A stretch of 64,000 bases of DNA from assembly GCA_964494945.1 (NCBI GenBank), contig CAZBTX010000003.1, positions 47,897-111,896 of the forward strand. The letters are read 5' to 3'. The DNA comes from an uncultured Candidatus Saccharibacteria bacterium. GTDB lineage: Bacteria; Patescibacteriota; Minisyncoccia; Sungbacterales; JACQCQ01. A program made the translations under genes and the position numbers. A model generated the notes under the pieces. The model was not told where the DNA came from. It searched no databases and saw only the letters and a program-made list of their open reading frames with translations. Shown here piece by piece: positions 45,302-54,862 of this stretch (the first letter of the stretch is position 1; each line of letters begins with the position of its first letter).

Positions 45302-45530
45302 CGCATAAGGAGAAAAACCAAGCCACCTAGATTGTGTCAGATCTAAATTGTATCAGCTAAAGCCACCAATTATTTAGCCATTTCATACCCACGAGAATTC
45401 GCATAAATTTAACCCCCATTAGCAAATACCATTCTGGCACGATTACACTCTCTCCGACAAGCAAGGGATTAAATGGAGCTGGCAGAAACCAAGCAAACCC
45501 AACTCCCACCCATATACTTAATTCATATAT

Positions 45531-45552
45531 CCCTAATTCGCACGAATTAGGG
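45531..45552. promoter_or_regulatory. Palindromic site CCCTAATTCG-CA-CGAATTAGGG, copy 2 (10-2-10)
   Basis: Reverse complement of copy 1's core; about 250 bp apart, upstream of the promoter above. Confidence 0.5.
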
Positions 45553-45619
45553 ATATAGTTAATTACCTATGGAGGGGTTTTCTCCGGATGATTGATGATT
45601 TTTTAGGAGATTTTAACTA

Positions 45620-46309
45620 CTACACCCGCGAGGAGGGGCAAATGTTTTTTAGGGGGCACTGGGCGCATTTGGGATTTTGGGCAATACACGTTCCGCGCCC
45701 AAGGTCTACCAAAAGCGTATTGACCTTGGGCCAGAGTTTTTTATTCGGCACCAGCGCCATTAAATCCTTTTCTATCTTTTTGGGGTCGTCATGCTCGGTA
45801 AATCCCAAACGCTGGGCCAGGCGCGCGGCGTGAGTATCAATAGCAATGCCGGAAATGACGCCATGTACGTTCCAAAGTACGATATTCGCGGTTTTTCTGG
45901 CTACTCCCCGGAGCCGCAAAATTTCCGGCATGGTTTTCGGGATTTTGCCGCCGAACTCGTTGCGGAGCATTTTGGCTGATGTCAAAATAGATTTGGCTTT
46001 GGAGTGGAAAAGTCCTACTTGCGATATCTCTTTTTCAAATGTTTTGGGGTCGGCATTCGCAAAATCATTCACGGTCTTGTATTTTTTGAAAAGATGGTTT
46101 TGCGTTATTTCATTGACTTTTTTATCGGTGGATTGCGCCGACATTATAACAGTAGCCAGCATCTGCATCGGTGTTTTAAAGAGCAATGCGGTTTTGGAAC
46201 GAGGATTTAGTTTATTAAGAATTGCCAAAACCCTAGCCGCCCGCTTTTTCTTGGCGGCTACGGACTCTTTTTTAATCCAAGATTTCTTGTATTCGTTATA
46301 TTCGCCCAC
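45620..46309 (-). CDS. nth: Endonuclease III
   Basis: HhH-GPD motif and C-terminal 4Fe-4S loop CIAQNPKCAQCPLKNIC. Confidence 0.85.
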   Translation of the reverse strand: MGEYNEYKKSWIKKESVAAKKKRAARVLAILNKLNPRSKTALLFKTPMQMLATVIMSAQSTDKKVNEITQNHLFKKYKTVNDFANADPKTFEKEISQVGLFHSKAKSILTSAKMLRNEFGGKIPKTMPEILRLRGVARKTANIVLWNVHGVISGIAIDTHAARLAQRLGFTEHDDPKKIEKDLMALVPNKKLWPKVNTLLVDLGRGTCIAQNPKCAQCPLKNICPSSRV

Positions 46310-46312
46310 AAT

Positions 46313-47386
46313 CTATTTCCTTTCTTCAAGGATTACAGAGATTTCTATTTCTTTCGCGTCGCGCAGGATTTTCAATTTTATTTCATCGCCGATTTTGGCG
46401 TTTTCCAGGATATCTTCAAGCACGTTGGTTTCCGAAAGCTCTTTGCCGTTAACTTCCAGAACAATGTCGCCCTCGCGAACGCCGGCTTTATCCGCGGGAC
46501 TTCCCCGCATGATCGCCGGGCGGCCGGGCAATTCCTCGCCACGCACCAAAACGCCTTTTTCCACCGGCAATTTTAATTTTTCTTTTAGTCCCTGACTTAT
46601 AGGAATGTAACGTACGCCGAGATACGGCTTTTTTAGATAGCCGAATTTTTTTATGTCAGCTAAGTCCTTTTTGGCTTTGTTTACGGGAATAGCGAACCCA
46701 ATGTTGGAAGCTCCAAAAACCATGGCCGAGTTAATACCTATAACCTCGCCCGTCAAATTAACCAAGGGGCCGCCGGAGTTCCCGGGATTTATGGCGGCAT
46801 CGGTCTGGATTAGTCCCCGCAAATGTTCGGGCGCGCCGTCACCGTCAGAAAAGGCCGTGATAAATCGCGAAAGTCCGGAAATAATCCCGGCTGACGCCGA
46901 ATTTTTAAATTCACCCAGAGCGTTCCCCAGCGCTATCACGCTCTGACCCAATAAAATTTTTCCGGAGTCACCCAGTTCGGCAGTCGGCAGATTGTTTTCT
47001 TCAATTTTTAGTATAGCCACGTCGTTCAAAGGGTCGCGCGCGAGGACTTTTGCTGTGTAGCGATCTTCAGCAGCGGTGGTGATAGTGTATTCGGCATCCG
47101 CGTCAATCACCACGTGCTTATTAGTCAAAATTAATCCGTCAGACGAAATAATAAACCCGGAGCCGTAGCCAACTCTCACCTTGCCCGATTCGGTTTTCGG
47201 CATATGACTTACGATCTCCTTTCTATCAACATCTTCATTTTCTTCTCGCGCCGAACTTTCAATTTCCTGCCACACGGCCTCTGGTATGGAACGCTGAACA
47301 GCGCCGGCCTCTTTGCCTATCATGATGGAGACCACCGCCGGCAAGGTCTTTTTAATGGCGGAAATGATTTGTTCTTCGTGGGTCAT
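46313..47386 (-). CDS. htrA: HtrA/DegP-family serine protease with C-terminal PDZ domain
   Basis: Catalytic triad context (…TNKHVV…, …GNSGGPLVN…) and PDZ. Confidence 0.8.
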   Translation of the reverse strand: MTHEEQIISAIKKTLPAVVSIMIGKEAGAVQRSIPEAVWQEIESSAREENEDVDRKEIVSHMPKTESGKVRVGYGSGFIISSDGLILTNKHVVIDADAEYTITTAAEDRYTAKVLARDPLNDVAILKIEENNLPTAELGDSGKILLGQSVIALGNALGEFKNSASAGIISGLSRFITAFSDGDGAPEHLRGLIQTDAAINPGNSGGPLVNLTGEVIGINSAMVFGASNIGFAIPVNKAKKDLADIKKFGYLKKPYLGVRYIPISQGLKEKLKLPVEKGVLVRGEELPGRPAIMRGSPADKAGVREGDIVLEVNGKELSETNVLEDILENAKIGDEIKLKILRDAKEIEISVILEERK

Positions 47387-47547
47387 GTAGACATTATATA
47401 GTGAATAAGGTATAGGGAATAGGTAAGGTAAGCACAAATATCAAAGCTCAAAATCCAAAACAAATCTAAAGTTCAAATGTTTAAAAACTTTTGGAATTAG
47501 GATTTATGAATTGATTTGGATTTTGTACTTTGGATTTATTAGTATAG

Positions 47548-47622
47548 GCCCTCGTAGTTCAACGGATAGAACTGCACACTCCTAACGTGCCGATTGAGGT
47601 TCGACTCCTCACGAGGGCGCCA
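47548..47622 (+). tRNA. tRNA-Arg (anticodon CCT) with encoded CCA
   Basis: Acceptor GCCCTCG/CGAGGGC, D-arm GTTC-AACGGATA-GAAC, anticodon loop CTCCTAA, T-arm TGAGG-TTCGACT-CCTCA; one A-C mismatch in the anticodon stem. Confidence 0.75.
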
Positions 47623-47676
47623 GTGGATCGTTAACAACCAGAATATAATTCAACGTCAAACAAGATGGAGGTTGAC

Positions 47677-48222
47677 ATGCCGAAGCTCGCGGATGTCCTG
47701 CCGGCAGAAGCCAAGACCATTTTTGACGCCAACCCGCTGGACTGGAGTTTCTGCTACGCTAAGGAACGGCTGGCGCGTCTCTATCCGTTCGCTGTAGCGG
47801 ATGTTATCTGGGACGACGGGAGCGGTCTTTATTTGGTCAACGTGGCGCGCTGTCTCGAGGAGTACCCGCGTTTTCAGCACGGGGTCCCGGTAACGATGGC
47901 CAAGCTCTACTGGAAAGAGCCGCCGTCTTTTAAGCATCGCCATTCTTTCCGCGCGCCAGCCACGGCTGGCGTCACAACGCTTCGGGTGACAACAGTGCTA
48001 ACGCCCGCAGAGCTCGCGCACAGTTTCGAGATGGTCGTCCCGGATTTGCTTTGGGGCTGGCTGGAGCGTCGCCGCCGGGCGATCTTCGGTGATGCCGAAA
48101 GCAAGTCAAAGGTATCCTTCACCTTCTTCGCGGAGCACATCCGCGTTGAGGTTGAGGGAGCCGAGAATAGGCCCGATCTTTTCGTCGTCTCACTCGCGCT
48201 GGGCGACTGGGACGACTATTAG
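47677..48222 (+). CDS. Hypothetical 181-aa protein, high-GC (about 62%), 55 nt downstream of tRNA-Arg(CCT)
   Basis: GGAGGTTGAC then ATG; own terminator. Confidence 0.6.
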   Translation: MPKLADVLPAEAKTIFDANPLDWSFCYAKERLARLYPFAVADVIWDDGSGLYLVNVARCLEEYPRFQHGVPVTMAKLYWKEPPSFKHRHSFRAPATAGVTTLRVTTVLTPAELAHSFEMVVPDLLWGWLERRRRAIFGDAESKSKVSFTFFAEHIRVEVEGAENRPDLFVVSLALGDWDDY

Positions 48223-48236
48223 GCAGATTCTATCTG

Positions 48237-48280
48237 CACCCCACCCCGGCGTAGACACGCCGGGATGGGGCAACTTTTTC
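48237..48280 (+). terminator. Rho-independent terminator (CCCGGCG-TAGACA-CGCCGGG, extended CCCC/GGGG, then CAACTTTTTC)
   Basis: GC stem plus T-run after the high-GC gene. Confidence 0.6.
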
Positions 48281-48369
48281 TTGACACAACTTGTCGCTAG
48301 GTTTACTTTTAATCATGATTTCATACTTTTCATATTTTCACTCAGTTAGAGATTTAAGATGCATTGTCT

Positions 48370-48627
48370 ATGAAAAAATCCAAGTCAATATTCCCCGGCA
48401 ATCACACCTTCTACGGTTCTACGGTCGTGGGTGCTAGGGGACAAATGGTAATTCCTATTAAGGCCCGGCGGGACCTTAAACTAAAGACCGGCGAGGAGCT
48501 TTTGGTTTCGGGAATGCACGGCCGGTTTTTAATGATAATGAAGATTTCCGAGATAAAAGGTGTCATGGAAGAGCTTTCCGCCAAGGTTAAAGAATTTCAG
48601 AAGATTTTGACGAAAGTAAAAAAATGA
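48370..48627 (+). CDS. AbrB/MazE/SpoVT-family DNA-binding protein
   Basis: Swapped-hairpin motif '...TVVGARGQMVIPIKARRDLKLKTGEEL'. Confidence 0.7.
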   Translation: MKKSKSIFPGNHTFYGSTVVGARGQMVIPIKARRDLKLKTGEELLVSGMHGRFLMIMKISEIKGVMEELSAKVKEFQKILTKVKK

Positions 48628-50168
48628 GAAATATTTTGTCTCGCATAACGAAATTAAGCCGCCGCGCTAAAATTATTTACGGTGTAATTCTTATTGCCGT
48701 TCTTGTGGGCGGGTATTTTTTATTTTTCCGTCCCAGTCCCGCGCCGGAAGTCGTAAAAGTTGAACGCCGCAATTTGACGCAAGTAGTGGCGGTAACGGGC
48801 ACGGTAAAACCTGTATCCATCATTGACTTGGAATTTCTTTCAAGCAATCGTGTGGTCTGGCGTCCCGTGGCGGTGGGAGACAAAGTCCGGCGCGGCCAGG
48901 TCTTGATGGCGCTGGACGCCAGAGACGCGGATATTCAAATTGCCAAAGCCGAAGCGGCTCTCGCCGGGAATCGCGCGAAGTTGGAACAATTGAAAATGGG
49001 CTCAACGCCGGAAAGCATTCGCCAGGCGGAAAACGCGGTAGACGCAAGTTATAGAAGCGCCTTATCTTCGCTTGATACGGCTCTTACTAAAGCCGATAAG
49101 GCGCTTACCGTACTGCGAACGGAAATATTTACTTCCGCCAACACCGTACGCACTGATTTTTTGCTTCCCCATGACAGTTACTTAAGCAGAGCCGAGCAGG
49201 AAAAATCAGCGGCGGATGCCGACTTGGCGAAAGCCAGGGCTGCCCGAGAGGAAGCCGCGCGCAATTTTTCTCAAGTGCCCGTGCCGGCGGAAGTAGACAC
49301 CCTATTCAATCAAGCGCCAGAACTGCTTAATTCCACGCGTGCGGTCATGGTAACCACTATTGAACTCCTTAGACGCGTAGTTTCCTCGGCTATATCGCAA
49401 TCAACCGTAAACGGCTACATTACGGATGTTGCGACCGCCCAGGGTGAATTTGAAAGCGCCATGACTTCTTTAACGACCAGTATTGCTTCCATTCAAGCCG
49501 CCAAAGACACCTTGAGAGTCAAACGAGAACCCCCGCGCTCGGTGGACATTGAAGTATTGGAGGCCAACGTAAAATCAACGGAGGCGGACTTAGCACTTCT
49601 TAAGAAACAAAAGAGCGATTTGGCATTAACAGCACCCGCGGATGGAGTTATTACCGACCTTAAATATGAGGTTGGGGAAGTAGCGCGCACGGGAGCCACG
49701 GCGGTCTCCATGATAAGCGGCGCTAATGCCGAAATTGAAGCGAACGTGCCGGAAGTGGACATAGCAAAACTTGCGATAGCAGAAAATGTTTCCATAACAC
49801 TGGACTCGCTTCCCGGAGAAAAGTTTTCCGGCAAAGTCGTTCATATTGATCCGGCCGAAACGCTGGTGGACGGCGTTACCAATTACAAGGTAAAAATTTC
49901 TTTTGACGCCAACGACCCGCGCGTAAAACCTGGCTCCACGGCTAATTTAGACATTGAAACATTGAAAAAAGAAAATGTGCTGTCTCTGCCGCAATTCGGC
50001 ATCGTGGAAAAAGACGAAGGGACCTTTGTCCGCAAATTGGTTAGCGGCAATTCCCAGGAATTACCCGTTAAGATCGGCATCCGCTCCTCCGATGGCTATA
50101 TCGAGATATTAGATGGACTTTCCGAAGGCGAAGAAGTGCTGAACGCCGGATTAAAAATCGTAGAATAA
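48624..50168 (+). CDS. HlyD/MacA-like periplasmic adaptor (membrane fusion protein)
   Basis: N-terminal TM, long coiled-coil, beta-barrel/lipoyl-like segments; precedes MacB-type ABC components. Confidence 0.75.
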   Translation: MRNILSRITKLSRRAKIIYGVILIAVLVGGYFLFFRPSPAPEVVKVERRNLTQVVAVTGTVKPVSIIDLEFLSSNRVVWRPVAVGDKVRRGQVLMALDARDADIQIAKAEAALAGNRAKLEQLKMGSTPESIRQAENAVDASYRSALSSLDTALTKADKALTVLRTEIFTSANTVRTDFLLPHDSYLSRAEQEKSAADADLAKARAAREEAARNFSQVPVPAEVDTLFNQAPELLNSTRAVMVTTIELLRRVVSSAISQSTVNGYITDVATAQGEFESAMTSLTTSIASIQAAKDTLRVKREPPRSVDIEVLEANVKSTEADLALLKKQKSDLALTAPADGVITDLKYEVGEVARTGATAVSMISGANAEIEANVPEVDIAKLAIAENVSITLDSLPGEKFSGKVVHIDPAETLVDGVTNYKVKISFDANDPRVKPGSTANLDIETLKKENVLSLPQFGIVEKDEGTFVRKLVSGNSQELPVKIGIRSSDGYIEILDGLSEGEEVLNAGLKIVE

Positions 50169-50170
50169 AA

Positions 50171-50893
50171 ATGATCTCGGTGCGAGATCTAAAAAAAGAA
50201 TACGAGACCGATGGTACTAGTACCGTGGCGCTTGACGGCGTTTCTTTTGAAATTAAGGAAGGTGAGTTTGTGGCGATCATGGGGCCTTCGGGTTCCGGCA
50301 AATCCACGCTTCTCCATATTTTAAGTTTTCTAGACCGTCCCACGGGCGGCTCGTATACTTTTCTCGGCAAAAGTATCAATGACTTAACGGATGCGGAGTT
50401 AGCTAGGATCCGCAATCAGGAAATGGGGTTCGTATTTCAAGCATTTAATTTGCTGTCGCGCGCTTCGGTCTACGAAAATGTGGAGTTGCCGCTTTTGTAT
50501 TCGGATGTGTCAATTTCCGAAAGAAAAGAAAGGGTGGAAAAGGCGATTTCAGCCGTCGGTATTCAAGAAAAACTTTGGTCCGAGGCGGGGCGGCTTTCCG
50601 GCGGCCAAAAACAAAGAGTTGCGATTGCGCGGGCCCTGGTCAATGAGCCCTCGGTGATATTCGCCGACGAGCCGACGGGGAATTTGGATTCCAAATCCGG
50701 CGGGCAGGTGATGGAAATACTGGAGGGTCTCCATAAAGCCGGCCGTACTATTGTTCTTGTAACGCATGAAACCTATACTTCGGAGTTCGCCAATCGTCTC
50801 ATCCGTTTGAAAGACGGCCTTGTGGAAATTGATGAACCGATGAAAAAGAAGCATCGTCATACAGAAGACAGCGAAAACGATTTTTTCAAATAA
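50171..50893 (+). CDS. ABC transporter ATP-binding protein (MacB/LolD type)
   Basis: Walker [10 protein letters not shown], signature LSGGQKQR, Walker [12 protein letters not shown]. Confidence 0.85.
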   Translation: MISVRDLKKEYETDGTSTVALDGVSFEIKEGEFVAIMGPSGSGKSTLLHILSFLDRPTGGSYTFLGKSINDLTDAELARIRNQEMGFVFQAFNLLSRASVYENVELPLLYSDVSISERKERVEKAISAVGIQEKLWSEAGRLSGGQKQRVAIARALVNEPSVIFADEPTGNLDSKSGGQVMEILEGLHKAGRTIVLVTHETYTSEFANRLIRLKDGLVEIDEPMKKKHRHTEDSENDFFK

Positions 50894-50894
50894 T

Positions 50895-52139
50895 ATGCGC
50901 TTTCAAGACACATTCAAAACTTCCAAAGAGGCCCTAAAGCGCAACCGCACGCGCTCCATATTAACCATGCTTGGTATTGTCATCGGTATCGGGTCGGTTA
51001 TCCTTTTGATGTCCATCGGCAGCTCGGCGCAGAAATTAATTTTAGACCAAGTGCAGGGCACGGGGTCTAATTTGGTATTCGTTATCCCGGGAGCGACTAA
51101 GGGCTCCAGATTTGCTTCGCCGCCGTCAGTGCAGGGAGTGGTCATTAAAACGCTGGTGAAAAACGACGTGGATATTTTGCGCCGTGAGCCCACGATCGTT
51201 CGCGTAGCTCCCGAAGTTAGGGGGCAAGCCAAGGCCGTTTCTGATATCAATGACACTACTGTGACTTACGAAGGCACTACCGCGGATTTTTTTGAGATAA
51301 GGAACTTTACTATCGCGAATGGCGCGGCTTTCACCAATTCCGATGTGGATTCTTTCAACCGCGTGGCGGTTTTGGGGCCGGAAATCGCCAAAACGCTTTT
51401 TAGCGAAATTGATCCTGTGGGCAAAACCATACGTTTGAAGGACATAACGTTCCGAGTTGTTGGTGTTCTAGATAAAAAAGGATTGGGGCCCTTTGGTGTT
51501 GACCAGGATAACTTGGTCATCATTCCCATCACTATCGCGCAAAAACAAATGCTGGGTATTAATCACTACAATGTGATTACCATTCAAGCGGGGGATTCTT
51601 ACAATATTGAGTTTACCAAGGCCAGAATTATTTCCGTGCTCCGCCAAAATCACCACATCACCGATCCCGACAAAGACGATTTCACCATAAGAACGCAGGA
51701 AGACGCGCTGTCGCTTCTCGGCAATATCACGTCTATTCTGACTCTATTCCTGACTTCCATCGCTTTTATTTCTCTGATAGTCGGCGGTATCGGCATTATG
51801 AATATAATGCTGGTTTCAGTAGTGGAAAGGACGCGGGAAATTGGCCTGCGAAAAGCCGTAGGGGCTACCAACCGCGATATTCTTCAGCAATTCTTGACGG
51901 AAGCCGTTATCCTTACTTTTGTCGGCGGACTTGTCGGAATTATTCTCGGCTCTGGTCTCACTGTGGTACTTTATTTCGTTCTCATCAATCTTCTACCGAC
52001 GGGCTGGGCTTTTGCTCTGCCGCCGTCCGCCATCGGACTTGCCGTTCTCGTCTCATCCGTTACGGGGATTGTTTTCGGCATTTATCCCGCGCGAAAAGCG
52101 TCTTTAGCGAGTCCCATAGATTCGTTGCGGTATGAATGA
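50895..52139 (+). CDS. ABC transporter permease (MacB/FtsX family)
   Basis: MacB periplasmic core domain plus 4 TM FtsX domain. Confidence 0.8.
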   Translation: MRFQDTFKTSKEALKRNRTRSILTMLGIVIGIGSVILLMSIGSSAQKLILDQVQGTGSNLVFVIPGATKGSRFASPPSVQGVVIKTLVKNDVDILRREPTIVRVAPEVRGQAKAVSDINDTTVTYEGTTADFFEIRNFTIANGAAFTNSDVDSFNRVAVLGPEIAKTLFSEIDPVGKTIRLKDITFRVVGVLDKKGLGPFGVDQDNLVIIPITIAQKQMLGINHYNVITIQAGDSYNIEFTKARIISVLRQNHHITDPDKDDFTIRTQEDALSLLGNITSILTLFLTSIAFISLIVGGIGIMNIMLVSVVERTREIGLRKAVGATNRDILQQFLTEAVILTFVGGLVGIILGSGLTVVLYFVLINLLPTGWAFALPPSAIGLAVLVSSVTGIVFGIYPARKASLASPIDSLRYE

Positions 52140-52143
52140 GAGC

Positions 52144-52181
52144 GGCCTCGCTTGAACTTTGCAAAGTTCAAGCGAGGCCGG
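52144..52181. terminator. 38-bp perfect palindrome CGGCCTCGCTTGAACTTTG|CAAAGTTCAAGCGAGGCCG between convergent genes
   Basis: Seen directly; 17-bp stem with 4-nt loop. Confidence 0.6.
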
Positions 52182-52183
52182 CG

Positions 52184-52456
52184 TTACAAGGTGAACGGGA
52201 CTTCCACCCACTCGTGTGTCTCGGAAGTTTCTTCTTCCGTTTGCGTTACCGTCGTCGTAAGGATCAAAATCCTCGGCGTTCCGACAAAAGGAGGGTCGGC
52301 TAGCTTTTGTCGTTTCACCATCGTTCTTGCGGCTTCCTCCACTTGAGTCGGGTCGAGGTCTTTGCCGATAAAGATGGCCCGCGAGACGGGGACGGCGGCG
52401 GGGGCTCGCGCAGGAACCCGAAGAGCCACCAAAAATACATGCCTCGTTGTTTTCAT
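52184..52456 (-). CDS. Hypothetical 90-aa protein, moderately high-GC
   Basis: GGAGGCGCTA then ATG. Confidence 0.5.
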   Translation of the reverse strand: MKTTRHVFLVALRVPARAPAAVPVSRAIFIGKDLDPTQVEEAARTMVKRQKLADPPFVGTPRILILTTTVTQTEEETSETHEWVEVPFTL

Positions 52457-52529
52457 TAGCGCCTCCGGTTGAAAGTTGCCGCCAGGATTGTTACTCTTTA
52501 GAACACGTTTTGTTCATAAATAAGTTTCG

Positions 52530-52603
52530 GGGCCTATAGTAAAATGGCATTACGCATCCATGGCATGGATGAGTCCGGGGTCCGATTCCCCGTAGGTCCA
52601 CCA
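52530..52603 (+). tRNA. tRNA-Ala (anticodon GGC) with G3·U70 and encoded CCA
   Basis: Acceptor GGGCCTA/TAGGTCC containing the Ala identity wobble pair; anticodon loop ATGGCAT; T-arm CGGGG-TCCGATT-CCCCG (unusual T-loop). Confidence 0.7.
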
Positions 52604-52661
52604 CGTACCAACTTATGCCAAGTTATACCAACTTGTTCCACAGTTTAGTTTAAATGTCTCT

Positions 52662-53210
52662 ATGAAGCGAATTTGCATCTTTCTTTCAGGGTATGTTACA
52701 GATGAAAAATATGCCGGGCCGGCAAAGGAATTCGCTCGGCTTATGTGCCAACATGATTATGGTCTAGTATGGGGCGGCACAAATCTTGGGTTAATGCAAA
52801 TTGTTTGTGAGACGGTCCAGGAAAATGGTGGGAATTTGTGCGGAGTTACGATGGAAATGTTAAAAGATACTCGTAAGCTGGATGCTGATGAGATGATTAT
52901 CGCCAAAGACCTTTCGGAGCGAAAAAAGCTTCTTTTAGAGAAATCCGACGCAATTGTGGTGATGGTTGGAGGAATTGGGACGTTAGATGAAGCGACCGAA
53001 GTTCTTGAACTAAAAAAGCATGGTGCTCACAATAAGCCCATTGTATTTTTAAATACTGATAACTTCTACGGCGGTTTAAAGTCGCAATTAGAAAAAATGG
53101 AGCGAGAAGGATTTTTACCAAAAAGGTTATCAGAACTCACTTATTTCGCAGCGGCGCCTTACGATGCGATAAGCTTTATAGAAAAAGAGCTAAGCTTGAA
53201 CAAAGTATAA
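52662..53210 (+). CDS. LOG-family protein (TIGR00730 Rossmann-fold nucleotide-binding / cytokinin riboside 5'-monophosphate phosphoribohydrolase-like)
   Basis: '...VVMVGGIGTLDE...' PGGxGTxxE motif. Confidence 0.75.
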   Translation: MKRICIFLSGYVTDEKYAGPAKEFARLMCQHDYGLVWGGTNLGLMQIVCETVQENGGNLCGVTMEMLKDTRKLDADEMIIAKDLSERKKLLLEKSDAIVVMVGGIGTLDEATEVLELKKHGAHNKPIVFLNTDNFYGGLKSQLEKMEREGFLPKRLSELTYFAAAPYDAISFIEKELSLNKV

Positions 53211-53264
53211 ATGCCCGAAAACGAACGTCCTAAAATTGGAATAGGTATAATCGTCGTTCGAATA

Positions 53265-53286
53265 GGACAATTCCATAGAATTGTCC
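53265..53286. promoter_or_regulatory. Palindromic operator-like site GGACAATTC-CATAG-GAATTGTCC, copy 1 of a 4-member family. Just downstream of a TATAAT box and upstream of the high-GC gene 53435..54148.
   Basis: 9-5-9 perfect inverted repeat. It and about 30 bp to its right are about 90% identical to copy 2 at 54267-54288. Confidence 0.55.
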
Positions 53287-53328
53287 TATGTTCGTGCTTT
53301 TTCCAAAATTAGCCACCGCGAAAACTTT

Positions 53329-53366
53329 GAAAAATCAGCCAGTGATTGGCTGATTTTTCGTTTGGC
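53329..53366 (+). other. Strong hairpin GAAAAATCAGCCA-GTGAT-TGGCTGATTTTTC followed by GTTT, in the 5' leader of the high-GC gene
   Basis: Perfect 13-bp stem; absent from the otherwise similar copy-2 region. Confidence 0.5.
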
Positions 53367-53434
53367 TGAACTTGTTTTTTCTCTTGCAAAGCGCTACATT
53401 CCCACCACGCGGTCATACACGAAAGGAGAAGGTC

Positions 53435-54148
53435 ATGAGGGAAGAAGATCTCAGTGCGGTGGTTTCCCATGGGGAAAGCTCGCTTCTGAAGACCGATCTC
53501 AACCAAGCGGTAATGGCACTCGCGGCCGCACACGAGTCGCACTTCCGGCCGCACGTTTGCCTGAACGGCGAAGACGGTGTGAGGGTCATCGGCGAAATCA
53601 TGCCAACCTCGAACACGGCGTTCCACCTCTGGCACCACATGATCGCTTCCGGGGACGACGTGTGGCTGAACATCATCCTCTGCGTCTACCTCAACGACTT
53701 CTGCATACCGACCAATCTCGCGCGGTTAAGTCCTCGGCAGTCGGCCTATGTCATCGCGAACCTGCCGGCCGAGTCGCGGACGGCTGTTCTCGCCAAGGCC
53801 AAGCGCTGGTACCTCGAGAGGTTCCTCGCCGACATCAAGAAGGGCCTCGACACCATCACCAAGCAGTTCGAGCACGGTGATCCGCTCCTCGAGAGCGACC
53901 ATCGGAATCGGATCCTCGATCTCCACGGCGAGCGCTTCTCTATGGGCATCCCGTACACCGAGACGTGGGTCGTCGGTGAGCAGCTCTTCTGGGCCACGTG
54001 CTACGGCGGGACGATGTTCGAGCACGAGGAGGACGGGTTCCTCCGCGCGGATGAACTCATCACCGCGAGGCGCGAACGGCAGAAAGGCACTGTCGAAGCT
54101 GTCGTAGGCGTATTCCGGGGGCTGGAGCGGATCAAACGAGGAATTTGA
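53435..54148 (+). CDS. Hypothetical 237-aa protein, high-GC (about 62%)
   Basis: AAGGAGAAGGTC then ATG; the track's longer ORF 53372.. extends through the leader. No family recognised. Confidence 0.6.
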   Translation: MREEDLSAVVSHGESSLLKTDLNQAVMALAAAHESHFRPHVCLNGEDGVRVIGEIMPTSNTAFHLWHHMIASGDDVWLNIILCVYLNDFCIPTNLARLSPRQSAYVIANLPAESRTAVLAKAKRWYLERFLADIKKGLDTITKQFEHGDPLLESDHRNRILDLHGERFSMGIPYTETWVVGEQLFWATCYGGTMFEHEEDGFLRADELITARRERQKGTVEAVVGVFRGLERIKRGI

Positions 54149-54266
54149 CCGTAACGACTTCGGAGATGGAGAGCCATCTCGTCTTACCACAGCCACCCTC
54201 GCCGATGGCAACAGTGCCAACGGCGAGGGTCTCCCATCCCAAAAATCTCCGGTACATGTTCCCATA

Positions 54267-54288
54267 GAACAATTCCATAGAATTGTCC
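54267..54288. promoter_or_regulatory. Palindromic site GAACAATTC-CATAG-GAATTGTCC, copy 2, about 35 bp upstream of the GNAT start
   Basis: Core ACAATTC-CATAG-GAATTGT identical to the other copies. Confidence 0.55.
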
Positions 54289-54321
54289 TATGTTCGCACT
54301 TTTTTCAAAATTGGCCACCAT

Positions 54322-54801
54322 ATGGCAAATCCGGGAAAATCATCAGGAAAAGAGCTGAAAATATCTTTCCGAAAATCTACTAATGAAGATTTTGATTTTG
54401 TCTTTAAGCTTAATAAAACCAACATGCAAAAGTATGTTGAAAAGATAAGAGGATGGGACGAGGAAGCTGAACGCAAAGATATGAAAGACAAGTTTACAGC
54501 TGACATTGATTTGATAATTCAAATAAATGGAGAGGACGCGGGGGTTCTCCGCGTGCTGGAAAAAGAAGGTTCGATAAATCTCGGCCACATTGAGTTACTC
54601 CCCAAGTTTCAGAATCAAGATGTCGGCAGCAAAATTATTGAAGGCGTGATACGTAAAAATAAACCAGTGACCTTACAAGTTCTAAAATCAAATCCCGCCG
54701 TAGAATTATATAAAAGACTTGGATTTGAGATAATGGGAGAAACAGACCTAAAATATAAAATGTCGATTCAAGTAAGCCCAAAATCGACCGTTAATCGATA
54801 A
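54322..54801 (+). CDS. GNAT-family N-acetyltransferase
   Basis: Acetyl-CoA-binding motif region '...QNQDVGSKIIEGVI...LKSNPAVELYKRLGFE'. Confidence 0.7.
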   Translation: MANPGKSSGKELKISFRKSTNEDFDFVFKLNKTNMQKYVEKIRGWDEEAERKDMKDKFTADIDLIIQINGEDAGVLRVLEKEGSINLGHIELLPKFQNQDVGSKIIEGVIRKNKPVTLQVLKSNPAVELYKRLGFEIMGETDLKYKMSIQVSPKSTVNR

Positions 54802-54811
54802 AAGGAGCACT

Positions 54812-54855
54812 AATAAATAAAAAAGCTGCGCCCGCTTGGGAAACCAAGCGGGCGC
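54812..54855 (-). terminator. Rho-independent terminator for 54863..55093 (GCGCCCGCTTGG-GAAA-CCAAGCGGGCGC, then a T-run on the minus strand)
   Basis: Perfect 12-bp stem with GNRA-like loop and AGCTTTTTTATTTATT on the transcribed strand. Confidence 0.7.
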
Positions 54856-54862
54856 CGGTGTT

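Noticed and set aside
45588-45833. 81-aa plus-strand ORF with a good GGAGGGG-N8-ATG ribosome-binding site
   Set aside because: Over 200 nt of it runs antisense through the well-supported C-terminal 4Fe-4S region of nth. Composition is not protein-like beyond the first codons.
53281-53880. Track ORFs 53281..53880 and the 5' extension of 54283..54801, both starting MSYVR.F.KI
   Set aside because: The shared N-terminus is encoded by the repeated palindrome/promoter cassette itself. 53281..53880 is an Arg-rich alternative frame of the real gene 53435..54148. The GNAT gene most likely starts at ATG 54322.
54311-54325. GCCACCATGG immediately at the GNAT start (a eukaryotic Kozak-like string)
   Set aside because: Coincidental in a bacterial context; no other eukaryote-like features.
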